Shown: piece by piece, positions 51,125 to 64,000 of the stretch
Numbering within the stretch: the stretch's first letter is position 1
How the letters are laid out: the number at the start of each line of letters is the position of its first letter
Assembly (NCBI GenBank): GCA_001642005.1
Contig: LWCA01000042.1
Span: 1 to 64,000 of the forward strand
Direction: 5' to 3'
Source: Intoshia linei
Lineage: Eukaryota > Animalia > Orthonectida
Length of the DNA: 64,000 nt
Translations under genes and position numbers: made by a program
Notes under the pieces: generated by a model
Database searches by the model: none
What the model saw: the letters and a program-made list of their open reading frames with translations, nothing else
Told to the model about the DNA's origin: nothing

Positions 51125-54100
51125 ATGTCCAGTATAAAAGTTCATGCATCAGAAGACGATATTTGCTTTTCAAACTTTGAATTGGATAATTTAAAAAGGT
51201 TTCAATTTTTAATTTCAATTTTTTAATATCAAATTTTTAGTTTATATAAATTTAAATTAAATTCTGATAATTTAAATGTTGCAAGAACTAAATACGATTC
51301 TAAAAGTCCATCAAAGAGTTCAGATGATTCCATTAAAAGTATATTTTATTTTTAAAATGTAATATTCACTCTACAAGTCCCTACTTGTACTCCACCAATT
51401 TTTTACAATGTAGAGTCTACATGATTTAACCTTTTATGGAAAAATGTATTATATTATCTGGGGGACCAAGGCATAAAATTTAGTAGAATTATATGATTTA
51501 TGTGGTTACGGTTTTACTATACCAAAAATATCAAAGTCCCAATTAGGGCTCCAACTCATTTGTAGAGAGAATACTGAAAATATTCGTCAGCAATTAATTA
51601 ATTCAATTAATTTATTTTTTTAGATAAATGCAAAAATTATATGGTTAAACATGTTTCCACTTTTTGTTTCAGTAAAATGGATGCAGATTTTAATGATTCT
51701 GATACTAAAAATAAATTAAAGACCATTAAGGAAAAAAATGGAATTTTAACTATGGAATGTATTATGAAATTGGAAATTGATTGTATCCAAATTGTTACAA
51801 ATTCTGTAATTTTTAGAATATTTAAAAATTATTTATTTTATACGTCAAAATGTTAACATTAGTTATTGTTACCGTTATGTCTGCATATTATTCAATTGTC
51901 TGGCTCACATGAATAGACCTTTTGTGAACTATTTTTAGAAAATAATTTTAATTTGTTTTATTTGAATCCTAGTGACTTTTTTTTTTTTAAATTAAAAATA
52001 AATTTTGATATGAAAATATGATTGATTAAAAGGTTAAAATGTGTATTTTTCTAATTTTTATTCACATGTTTAAAACTGGAACAATGGTTTTGATATTTCA
52101 CCCTATTAAAGTAATAACACATTTTGAACTTATACAAATTCTTGTAATAAAATAAAAAATCGTAATGGCTGTAAGTAATATTTTAACTATAAAGGTTAGT
52201 ACATGTGTAGTTTGAAACCACTAATCAAAATTTTTTACAAATTATACAATCAATTTATTACTTTTATTTATTTTTGTTAATTTATTATGTATCAAATTTG
52301 TTTTTTCTTTTATTCGGTAAATTGTTAACTTATTTTAAGAGTCCAATTTTATTATTGATATTTCTTGTTTAAATTATTGATACATACCAGAAAATTTATA
52401 ATATAGACACAATTAAAAGGAAAAATCCTTTTAGCGAAAATTATATCAATCGTCTAGGGATTTTAGTATATTGTTTAGTTTTATCTCGATTCTAGATATG
52501 TTGTATATTTTACTACATTTTGTATTATAGTCATTTTTTTAAATTCACAATGTGACATTTTTAATTGAGTTGATGTCTGAATAAAAAATTGATTAAAGTG
52601 TCAAAAATTAAAGAAATTTTTTTTTTGTAATTAAAATGTATGTTGTACATTCAAAGGTGATTATTTAATTACTTTTAAATTGAAGTTTGAATTACTATTT
52701 TAATTATCACACCCGACACCTGATGAATCAAATAAATAAATTAAATTATAATACCGTTAGCAGAAAGTAACGATTGACAAAAATTAAGATGCTAATAAGT
52801 AAGACTAGATTGAAAGATTTCAACAGAGTTTTAGAACTATAAATTTTTCTTTAAATCTAATTTGTATCTAACTATTTTCTAAGCACTGGTGCTCCCGACT
52901 CAAATCTAAATTTAAATCTTCCAGTGAAAAATAAACTTAAATTTTGGATAGTGTTGCAAAATTAAAATACAAGTTGTAATCCAGTTAAGACGAATTTTAA
53001 TTTTTTTTTATACCTTTTTCCGCCCTGTTATAAAATAATAATTTTCAGAAAATGAAAAAAAAATCCAAAATAATCAATTATATAGATTTCCACCAATATT
53101 TCTTTATTGGAAATGTGTAGACGTTCAATGCACATTTTTTTTGAATTGTTAGGATTATTTACATTTTAAATTTTAATCCAACATTTGGAAAATATTGGTT
53201 AATAATATATTAAAAATTATATTTCACCAAGAATGCGTAGATTTCTGGGGTTAAAATTTTGTATTTATATCAACTGGAATAAGCTGTATGAGAATAATTT
53301 TTTTTTTAATTATAGGACCGTTAATTATTTCAAATTTTTTGTTAATAAAATAGTTTCGAAATAAAAAAATGATACTAAATTACTTTTTTGACAGTGAAGG
53401 CATCACTTATTCAGATTGAAATTTTTTGTGTGTGTTAATAAGATACAACTGTACCATCATTTCATTATTTTTTTTTAAATTCTAGGGCTGTTTTCATTTA
53501 AAAAAAAAGGATAATCAGGGTTTTGATCGAGAAAATTATCTTTTTTGAGGTTATCATTGATGATAATGCTCATGGTTTTAAAAAACTATCCAAGAATTTA
53601 TGTTTTATAAAATTTTAGGAAATGTTTCATTTTTAAAACAAAGGGTAATTTGTGGTTTTGACCATGAAGGACTCAAATTCTGAAAGTGAAAAATAGATAT
53701 AAACACGCTCTAGAAAAACTGTATTAGAATTTGGTTTTTTTAAATTATACGATTGTTAATTTGTTAAATCAATGGTAACACACACAGACATTCATTTTTA
53801 TATTAGTAAAGGAAAAAATATCATTTCAAGCCCTTTATTTAAAAATCCCCTTCTTAAAATTTTACAAAAAACTTTTAATCCAACCCTAAAAAAATCTAAT
53901 TTTACCAATCCTTAAGTCTTAAGCCTTCAGTTAAGGTAAAATCTCTTTTCCTACATTTTTTTGAAAACTTAAATTTTACCAAACCTTACGAGAAAATATT
54001 CTTAATCCAACAACAAAATACAAAACTAAAATTTTAGCAAACATGAAGTAAAATTTCCTTTTTCCGAGTACAAGTAAAGTACTTGGTAAATTTTTAAATA

Positions 54101-57100
54101 TCACAAACGTCATTCTACATTCAGTTTCTGTATTCAGTTTACATTTTAAAAGGCTTTGTATTTATCGCGTCAGTATTTTAGATGATTTGTAAGTAGAAAT
54201 ATTGAATTGTCAGTTGATATAATAGATTTTCAGTATTTTAGGTTCCAGTTGACAAAGTGTCATTATAAATAATTGATTGTCAGTATTTAAATTAAAAACT
54301 GACAAAGTACATTTTAATATTTATACTGACAATTTTTGTTGAAAATACTGTTAAAAATAAAATACTTCCCTTTTAAAAATTAGTAAGTTATATATTTCAA
54401 AAAATTTGAAATATATAACCCTGGTTCATAGGTTTTAAAGATGAACATCTTATGTTATCACGGACCGATAATTTCACATTAAATTTTTTGCGGATGACTT
54501 AAAATTTAAATTCTAAGAAAAGTTACTAGTGATGCGACGATTCCTAAATTTTCAACTATGCTGATTCGATTCTTAAAAAAAACGATTTCGATTCCGATGC
54601 CATTCCAAATACTTTTGAATCATACTATTTGTGTGAGTCATATTTGTTTTAATTAGAAAAAAAATAAGAATAAACGAATTTATAAAACTAGAAAATAAAC
54701 GACTAAGAAACATAATAAAAATGCTTAAAATTAATTAAAGTCAGAACCAAATAATTTTAAATTATAATGTTAAAATATTAGCTTTTTACCAGTTTTACCA
54801 AACATTCTATTTGGTTTTGGAGAACAGATAAAACCTCCAACCCTGAAAATTATTAAACTTTCAATTGAAGAAAGAGAAGATAAATATTGTTTTACAAGTA
54901 AACCAATTTCCCGAAAATTTAATTGCGTTATTATATTGAGCGATAATCCATATTTAATTTATTTTAATTAAAAAAAACTCAAAATTAAATGTTTTTTGCA
55001 ACTAATTTTTATTTTTTTTAAAAAAGTCGTAAAAAATTATTCCAACGATTCTTTGGAATCATCGCATCACTAAAGTTTACAAAAACATTAACATTACATT
55101 GCTTTTTGCAGTCTTAGATCAAAATTAAATCTTTTCATTTTTTTCGCGCCGGCAACTACCATATTTACTTTCAATCAATAAAAAATTAAAAACCGCAGTG
55201 TTAATCTTTAAATAAAATCGCCATTTTTGACGGGTCAAAAGATTGATAATTAATTAATTTAATGATTACATCAAAACTAAAAAGGTCAATTTTATATGGG
55301 GTCAGTTTGGTATCAGCATTATCTTGTGACAATAAATATCTAGAGTAAAGGGTTAAAAAGGTACGATACAAATACAAAATTAACCTTTTATTTTAGGAAG
55401 TTTTAAGTACTATATACTATGATCAACTTATTAATACAAAGGTTGTATCAAATACTCGAAAACTCGGATTTTCCTCAGATTTAATTTGCCTCTATGTAGC
55501 AAATGAAGAACAAGTATATTTTTGTTCATATGAAGTTCATGTTTTTGAACCATTATCCATCAAAACGTCCAAAATTATGCGAAAAATAAAAAAATTTAAA
55601 AAAGAATACACGTAAATTATTAAAATATTTATTTTAATGTAACACTACCCTTCTCAATATAATCCATGTTGATCCCATAATACACATAAAAATTTATTTT
55701 AAAAAATAATTTTTCTAATTTTTTTTGTCAAGAATAGGGGGGACCAAAGCATAAAAAATAAGTAAAATTGGAAAATTTTTCTTTTTCCCTGTGCGATAAT
55801 CATCTATATTCATCTATAAAGAACATTTACCAAAAATTTAGTCAAATTTTGGGGTTTCACTAACGTGTGACTAAGACAAAATTTTTTTCTAAAACCATCA
55901 ATTATTTAGTAACATCAATTTACGTAACAAAATTAATGATAATGATCGACACGACATACAAAACACTGGTAATTTAATTTTAAAAGTTAATTTAAATTCA
56001 ATTGATCAATTTGTCAGATATTATTCAATATCAATCTGTAAAAGTAGAAAGTGATTCAGCATTGGACCAATCCAGAAATGTATAAATTAAAAAAGTAAAT
56101 TATAAAAATTATAATTTTTGTAGGTTTTGCTCAATAATTGCTTGCATGATATAGATGTATTTGTTAAACGGATTCAATCATCGATAAATTCATATGGTAA
56201 ACTTTTAGAATATCAAAAATGTGATTACAAAAGATTAACATCCCGAACCGGTAAATTTAATAAAAATGATAAAAAATTAAATTTTTTTTTTTACATAATG
56301 TATAGTATTATACAATATTCTTTAGTATCTGCATTGGCTTTTAATGCAATACCACCAAATATTACTGATTTCACATTTATTTTTCAAAAAATGAAATTGG
56401 CCTTTTTATTATTGGTAATTAACAGTAATTACCAATTTATTTATTTATTAATTAGACTAAACTGTTATGTAAAATAAGAAAACCTAATGTACCAGAAATT
56501 GCAAACTATATGATGAAACCGTTCCAACTAATTGTTCAAGTCAGTAGTCATTTAGGAAAAGGGGAAAATGTATATTCTAAAATCGATTGCCCGTCCTTAA
56601 ATAATGAAACAATCATGCTACTAAACAGGTAAATCTTGTCATAAACCAATCATTTACATTTATTGTAGTTGTTTGCATTCTGATGAGTACAAATTTTGGC
56701 AATCTTTGGATAAAAATTGGACATCAGTCATGTAAAATTTAAAAAATCATTTTTTTGATAAATACATTCAGACCCACTAATAAAAAATATATTCCATTAT
56801 TCTTCAATGGCTACGCGCCAAAATTGGAATTGGTTCAAAATGCTATCGGGAATAGCATAGATACAGTAATTTATTAATTTTACTTTAGTTTAAAAATTAA
56901 AATATTTTAGATTTCTCAACTAGGTTTTACTAAATATGAAGATAAAAACTTTACTTTACCCCTAAATTCATTTTTGTAATATACATTTTTTTAATTTCAT
57001 TAAATTAATAACCTAGTTCTTGCAACAGCTTAACTTCGCTAGAAACCAACTCAAAATATGACTCTAGCTCTAAATCTACCGAAAGCAATGCATCAAATAA

Positions 57101-57405
57101 AAACTTTAAAGAATCTCAACTTAAATTTATATCTAAACTTAGAAAAGATAATTATCGGTATTTTTATTATTAATTTCATTATTAAAAAATTAGTGTTTTT
57201 TACACTGTTTGTTCCTGGATACCTCAAAATAATAAGGAACTTTCTGTCAAAAAAAATGAATCCCTAAAGGTATAATAAATATCCAGTTAAAAATATATAA
57301 ACTTAATTTTAGTTGATTGACAATTCAAGAAATTGGTGGAAAATGGAAAATTATAATGGTGTACCTGGATATTTACCCAAGACTATATTAAAAATTGCAC
57401 ATTAA
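51125..57405 (+). CDS. EPS8: EPS8-family protein (PTB, central helical region, SH3)
   Basis: YMVKHVSTF (PTB), LLNNCLHDIDVFVKRIQ, FQKMKLAFLLL, WQSLDKNW, SH3 PQNNKELSVKKNESLKLIDNSRNWWKMENYNGVPGYLP. Confidence 0.8.
53085..53812 (-). mobile_element. Helitron-like family copy (second subfamily)
   Basis: Reverse-complement 5' end TCCTTTACTAATATAAAAATGAATGTCTGTGTGTG; shared modules. Confidence 0.72.
54527..55072. mobile_element. hAT MITE (~546 bp); related partial copy at ~15960-16283
   Basis: TIRs TAGTGATGCGACGATTCC / GGAATCATCGCATCACTA; subterminal GATTC repeats; degenerate TSD AAAGTTAC/AAGTTTAC. Confidence 0.8.
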
Positions 57406-57430
57406 TTGCAAAATAATAAATACTGTATTA

Positions 57431-59346
57431 TTAATAATTAAATGAACATCTTTTAGAAGTTTTGAGATTTTTTTTTAATGATAAAATATCTTGAATAAGT
57501 TGACCATCTTTGCTGTCAATTATAGATTCAACAAATGATTTATCAATCTAAAAGCTTTAATTAGAAATAAAAATTTAGGTTTTTACCATAGATTCAATTT
57601 TTATTTTATATGAAACGTGTTGTTCATTGATTAATACTTTTACAAGTCGAATAGATCCTCTAATTATATCTTTAGTGTTATTGTCTATATTGAAATTTTA
57701 GTTCATAACATTTTGGGTATTTAAAAAACTTTGCATTAATCGAATTAATAAATCTATAATGTGTTTTTGTTTCGATAAAATTGAATATCCTTGTCCGTGT
57801 AACGAAAAATTAAACAAATATTTTAATATCATGCTAAATTTTTAATTTTTAATCAGTATTATAGGTACATTACTTTTGATAAACTTCTTCGTAATAATTA
57901 CTATTATCTAATATATTTAACAAGGATATCATTCGATTTGTTATGTGATCACAATTTTCGTTATTCAAAATGTAAGCTAAACCATCGGGTACAGCAGAAA
58001 TGTCTAAAAATTTTCTTTTTTTTGTAGAGATTTTTAATTAAGATGGTCACATTATTAGAGAAACTGGGGTATTTTAAAAATTTTGTAAAAAAATTAAAAA
58101 AAAACACTTTTCTAAAATGGTCTGCTTTATATCAACTACTTGTATAGTATTCTGAATCTGATTAACAATTAAACAGTAATTTTTCGTAGAAAATTTATAC
58201 TTACAGGTTTCGCGTTTAAAAAAACTAATGAACAATTTTTTTTGATAGTAAAAAAGGAGTAAATATTTTTCAAAAATTTTCCTCTTTATTTTTTTAACTC
58301 ATCTTTCTACCCCATAAAGTTAACCATTTTGAAGTTAACTAATTTAAAATAAATTAAAACTAGTCAATATTCCCAGGTAATGAGTAGATAAAATTTCATT
58401 TTTTGATTGAATATTTGTTAAAAAATTTGATATGTGGCACATGAAACTAGTCCGAGAATCATTTGTCTAAATTATAGATTATATTAGTTAGAAATGGGCA
58501 ATATGAATGGAGCACATTAGGGTTGTTCCAAATTTTTTTAAATTAAGTACAGGTTCGGAAAAAATTGAGTAATTAATCAAAAATGACAATACAAAAAAAA
58601 ATTTGCAGACGCTGGCCATTTTAAAGGGCGAACATTCACTTGAGCGATACATCTTAAGGCTACATAATTATCGATTTTGTAAATAAATCAGAATATTTAC
58701 TTTTTAATAACAATGGTTAAAGTTTTGTAGTTATTAAAATTATGAATAAAGGAATCTACTAAAATTTCTTGAAAAAATAATGATATGATAAATTAATAAA
58801 TCGATAATTATATCGCTCTTAAATGTATCTCCCAAACGAATCTCGCTCCAGAGAATAAACGTCTTTTAAAGATACCATACGTTAATAATAATAATAGGAA
58901 ATCTATATATGCTTTGAAAATTTATATTTAAAGCTAAATTCAAAAATTACGGTTGACAGTATCGTTTGAACTCCTTCCGGTGTCATTGAAATGTCCCACA
59001 ATAACTTTGCGCTACTTAAAGTTAAATCCTGAAATTTGTAAGGTTCTTTTATCTAAAAGTGTACATGTTACATGGACTCTAAATAAACATACACTAGGTA
59101 CAATCAGTTTGGTATTTGAATCAATTTTAATTGGAGGAAATTTGGAGTCTTTCATTTTGGTACTCAAAATTTCTAATTCATCATTTATATTTGTCGTAAT
59201 ATCCTGCCTGAGTATACCCAATAACTTTAAAAATTGGAATAATTGCTTGTCATGATTATCATTGATATTAACCATTTTATCGTAAACTTGGTTGTAAAGC
59301 ATGTTCCATTCATTCAAACAAATCTTTACATTGTTCATCAGTAATC
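57431..59346 (-). CDS. HSF2BP: HSF2BP/MEILB2-like armadillo-repeat protein (meiotic BRCA2 partner); 5' exon(s) not located
   Basis: Spliced exons give SAKLLWDISMTPEGVQTIL, LGILTNISAVPDGLAYI, YLFNFSLHGQGYSILS, IIRGSIRLVKVLI, colinear with HSF2BP (CTLLWGVSSSEEVVKAIL, AGIVTNVAAIACGREFL, SLYNVSINLKGLKYIS, VCLHVLRLVQSVV). Confidence 0.75.
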
Positions 59347-60957
59347 CTAATAAATTGAGTATTTCCTAAATTTTTCAAACTTAACATTTATACATTAAAC
59401 CAGTGGTTTTCCAATTTAAAACTCTACGGATCTTTTTTCATCTAAAATTTTTCTTTCCCAAAAATTCATAAATCACGTTTCTAATATATCTGTCTTTAGT
59501 ATACTTATATTTGTATAATGACAAAAAGGAAAGAATTCAATTTTTGAGATTGAACCCTGTTAGAATTTTTAAAAAACAATACAAACATTTTTTAAATTTT
59601 TGTGTAAACCTAAAAATTTCTTTATCAGAACAGCTCTGGTAGAGCTTCCCATTTTAATGTGAGTTTCTAACTTTGAAAATATAAATTTCTTAGAAAGAAA
59701 TTTATGATAAAAAATTACTGGAAAAACTAACGTTAACCACGTTAACCGTGCGCTTTACTTAATAATTACACATGTTAAATAATTCGAAATAATAAAGTAT
59801 TAATCATTAGGTCAGGTATTTTCAATAATGTTTTACAAGAGAAGGCGATTTCTCTGTTAATTTTATTAGGACAATTTAAAATCTAATTGCTAAAAAATGT
59901 TACACAAACATATTATCACATTACTTTTTTTGGTTAACGGTTAATTGAGCTAAACCAAATCAAACGCAAACCCACATTGGGTTAACTACCTTAGGTTATT
60001 GTTCGAAAAAATGAGTGGTTAGATTTTTTTGGGTTCACCACGTATTGACTAAGTACACTAGTGACAGAGTAAGAGACGACTTTTTAAAATTTTCAAAAAT
60101 TTCAGTGTTTCTATATAAATCTATTTATATTTACACAAATGTTAAAAAAATATAAAAGAAAATAAAATATTTTATTTTCCTTTTTTGATTGTGAAAACGT
60201 CACTTTTTGAGGTTAATATTGTGATGTGTGTTCATTTGTGGAGATAACTGTATGAACTGTAATTTTTTTATAAAAATCTCGGATTATTTTCATTTTTTAT
60301 ATAAAGAGTCATTTGTGGGTTTTGACCCTAAAGATATGCCTTTTTGAAATTGAAATTTATGATAATGTTCATAAACTTATAATCTGTATCAAAGTACAGT
60401 TAATTCTGTTATATATGAACATTAAGGGACCAGGTTTTCATCATGTTCATACTATACTGTAATATGAACATATATGAATGGCGATAATAATATAATTAAA
60501 AGTTTCAGTTAAAAGATATAAATTTCTAAAATTGAAATTTATCTTATTTTCTCCTCCGGAAAAAACTGACTTGGAATTTGTGCTTGTTAAAATTCTATAA
60601 CTCTTAGTTCTTAAAATAAACGATAACAGACAAACAGACACAATGTGTGATCTTCATAATATTTGTCAATTTGAAGGGTTTACATAAACGCATTTGATAA
60701 AATTTGACTGGCTACTATGAAAAAATATTTATAAACATTTAATTGTATAGTATATAAATGGTTACAATCAAAGCAACGAAGAGCCAACAATGGTTGGCAA
60801 AGATAAAAATTGTAGGCTCCCCTATATACAAAAAAAATTGGGTTTTTCCATACATTACCGAGACCCTCTTACTCAAAAGGTGCTCAACAAAAGTTTTATA
60901 AAATTGGTTTCATTTTACCAAATTTGAAAATAAAAAAATTATATTCTTAAATATCAC

Positions 60958-61406
60958 CAAAGCCATTTTAAGGCATGGGCAATATGGACTATAGCCCAGG
61001 GCCACTCATTAAAAAAGGCCCCCAAATTAATAAAAGTATTTAAACTTATATCTTAAAAATACATCCCCAATTTATTAAAAAATATTTCACATTTATATCT
61101 TAAGAAACAGTTTATAAGTTTTGAAGTGTAAGAATTCAAATAGTTTAAAGAATCATAGTTCTGGTAAATATTCAATTTAAAATATATTCTACAATGTTCA
61201 TCATATAATATTGACATAAAAACTATTTCAAATGATAATATTAAACATTAAAACCCTCTATTAAGTAAATATTCAAAATATAAAGTAGGAAATCTTTGAT
61301 TTTCTCTTAATTTTCTAAAAAGGGGCCCTAAAATTTTTTTATTGCTTCGCTTAAAACTTTAAAGGGCATCCGGCCCTTTGCCACGAAATGGCTTAAGACG
61401 GCTCTG
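60958..61406 (+). mobile_element. hAT MITE (~449 bp)
   Basis: Exact 8-bp TSD AATATCAC; TIRs CAAAGCCATTTTAAGGC / GGCTTAAGACGGCTCTG. Confidence 0.88.
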
Positions 61407-64000
61407 AATATCACATCTATTTTGTATGTAAAATGTAAATTTCAAGTCAAGAGTCTTGGAGAGGTTACTACGGCTGAACGCCACTACACATTGTTTGTCA
61501 AAATTTTTTAGCTGGATAATTTCATTTTTTCGGTGACTTCGATCTGGGTAGGTTCCGCTTTGCTTCTATCCATTATTTGATATAGACGTACATTTTTTTT
61601 AGCGTTACTGTTGGAATAAAAAATTTTCGTTTTACCACACCAACAATTTTTCTAACATCACATTGATTGAGAGTAGTAGACCCCTTCATATAACCCTGAT
61701 TACAATCGTAAAAATGTTTGAATTAAACATACAGTAAGTTTTAAAGTAGTTGCTGAACACGTACCACCTTTTGAAAAAGTGACCCACTTAATGAATCGTT
61801 GTTGTGTATATTTTTGGTTAAGTTAACTAGGGTTACCAACATTAAGTTATCCTCAACAACACAGTATTTATAATTTTCTGACATGTCATATTGAATTTTG
61901 TGTGTAATTCGCTTATTCATCTCATATATATAAATAAAATATGTTTGATTTGATGATTTTGATTGAAATAATTAAATTACCTTGAGAAATATTACTTAAC
62001 CCTGAGCCCTGAGTGTAATTTGAAAACCCGAAGTCTCAGGGGGGAAAATAACGCAGTTGGCAGCCCTAAAGTTAACCCACCATTAACAAAACAAAATGGC
62101 TTCATTTAAAATTTTCAATACATATATTCTAACTTGAAAAACTTTAGTAATTCTGTCAAAACGTTGATCTTTAATGTGTAATTAAATTGTATAATTAATT
62201 TAATCTAAATAAATACGATAATCTATTCAATTTTATTAGATTAAAACTGATTACATTAAAATTGTCCAAATTAAAAATTAAAGAAATACTTAAATCCTTT
62301 AGCTTTACTTTGATATTAAAATAATAAAAAAAACAAAATTTCTCAACCATCATAAAATTAACGTTTTATTTTTCAATTGATTGGTTCCAATCCCTGACCC
62401 AGAGCCGAACCTACCATATCGATGACTCTAGGGGGAGTCTCAATTAAATTTTTTTATAATGGAGATGTCGTTTTTGAACATCATAACCATTTGTCAAATA
62501 TAAACTTTCAAGTCAAGAGTCCATACCCCTGACCATGAAGTGGCGATGAGAAGCTACCTGGCATTAAAATTCAACAGTACACTGCACACCAACCCGTAAT
62601 TTTACATATTAAACAGTTTATTTAATATACCTTTAATTTAATTGAAATCATTTTTCTCAAATTTAAATTGAAAAATTTTAGGAGCGCCTGTGCATATAAT
62701 ATTTATATTATACATGAACAAATTGCGCCAAATACAATATCGATTAAAGGTATCACAGCAATTAAATATTTCATTAAAACGTAATTTTATTTATTGTTAA
62801 TGCAACAAAATAAAATTTACAAAATCGGTGGACCTATTCATTTTTAGACCTCTGATGTATAATGTAATATCATTTGATACATGGAAAAATAATATAAAGT
62901 TTACTAATTATTATAAACTTTTATAATTCAAACAAATTAAAGACAGTGGTATATATTTGGCACACTGCTAACTTGTTAGATGATTTTTGAATAAAAATTT
63001 CTACAACTATGGGCAATTTTATAAATTGTAAAAATCATGAATCATGATTTTCAGAGCTGAAAATAAAATATTAATTTTATATCATCGGAAAATAATTTGT
63101 CCATTTAACATGAAAATCTTGTATAAATTGAAATATTTGAACATAATGATGTAAGTTACATCATGTAACTAAAATTTTGAAATTAAGGTTCTTTTAATAT
63201 TCTTCAAATGAGCTTTCTTTGTTTGCAAGAGATGAAAGTTTCAGACAAGTATTTAATTTAATTATTCATTTCAAGAAATAAATCAAGTTGAATAATTGAA
63301 CTACATTTGAGTTGTCGAATCGAAAAATTAGATATTAAAAAGATAATCAATAAAAGGTAACTTTATGATAAAATAAAAATTGTACAAATAATAATTCTAG
63401 AAAAGAAGTTTTCTTATATACTATACTAAAAATTGCAATATTAAAAGACGTAAATTTAAAATAATATTTTCAGTTTTTTGTCTGAATTATATCCGTTTAT
63501 ATGTTTAGAAATGGAATTTAAATTATGTTTTAATATTGATTAATTTTTGAACAAGAAATGATCCAAATATTGATAAAATGTATTAAATTACTTGAAAAAT
63601 ATTAACTCTACTATAATTAAAAGTGATATTTTTTTGACATAGAATTCATCTTTTAATTTAAATTTTTTTAGAAGTTTAAATGTAGACATGTACTCTAAGG
63701 ACAATTTTACTGCAAAGCTAAGATTGTTGCCATAATGTGCAAAATTGAAAAGAATAATTAACGACTCGTGTTAACAAGTGCACAGTACCTGTCTAGACAC
63801 TGTATGATGTTTGAGCTTCATGTCTAACTTCGATAATATGTAATTGTAAAAAATGATAATTTGGCTTTGTTTGCCATTTGTATTAAAATTTCATTTTATA
63901 AATTGATGAATGACTTATCATCAAGTATTGGCCATCACATTGTAATACATTGCTTTAAATTTTAACTCATTGACAAATTCAATTACTACATAATGCTGCA

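Noticed and set aside
63600-64000. Possible exon(s) at the window end
   Set aside because: Exon-like composition but no consistent frame or recognisable motif on either strand.
1-64000. tRNA/rRNA genes
   Set aside because: No cloverleaf, A/B-box pair or rRNA-like GC-rich segment recognised by eye; a tRNAscan/Infernal run would be needed to exclude them.

Overview
AT-rich animal (invertebrate) nuclear DNA. Genes are densely packed and many introns are only about 35-60 nt, a style compatible with a compact parasite genome such as an orthonectid; that taxonomy is inferred, not proven. Host genes recognised from spliced translations: RFC3 (-), a TACC-family gene (-), Janus/PHPT1 phosphohistidine phosphatase (+), an uncharacterised multi-exon gene (-), BRE1/RNF20 (+), serotonin transporter SLC6A4-like (+), SLC7 LAT-type amino-acid transporter (+), ZNRF1/2-like RING ligase (+), EPS8-like (+) and HSF2BP/MEILB2-like (-). 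Larger introns are filled with Tc1/mariner, pogo/Tigger and hAT remnants, hAT MITEs and an abundant non-autonomous Helitron-like family. The standout is a 4.7-kb BRE1 intron carrying, antisense to BRE1, a ~2.4-kb decayed rhabdovirus L-polymerase endogenous viral element. It is joined directly, in the same orientation, to the start of a Buster/Charlie hAT transposase whose 5' terminus appears to be replaced by the viral sequence. All calls come from reading the sequence and recalled family motifs; no database search was run.
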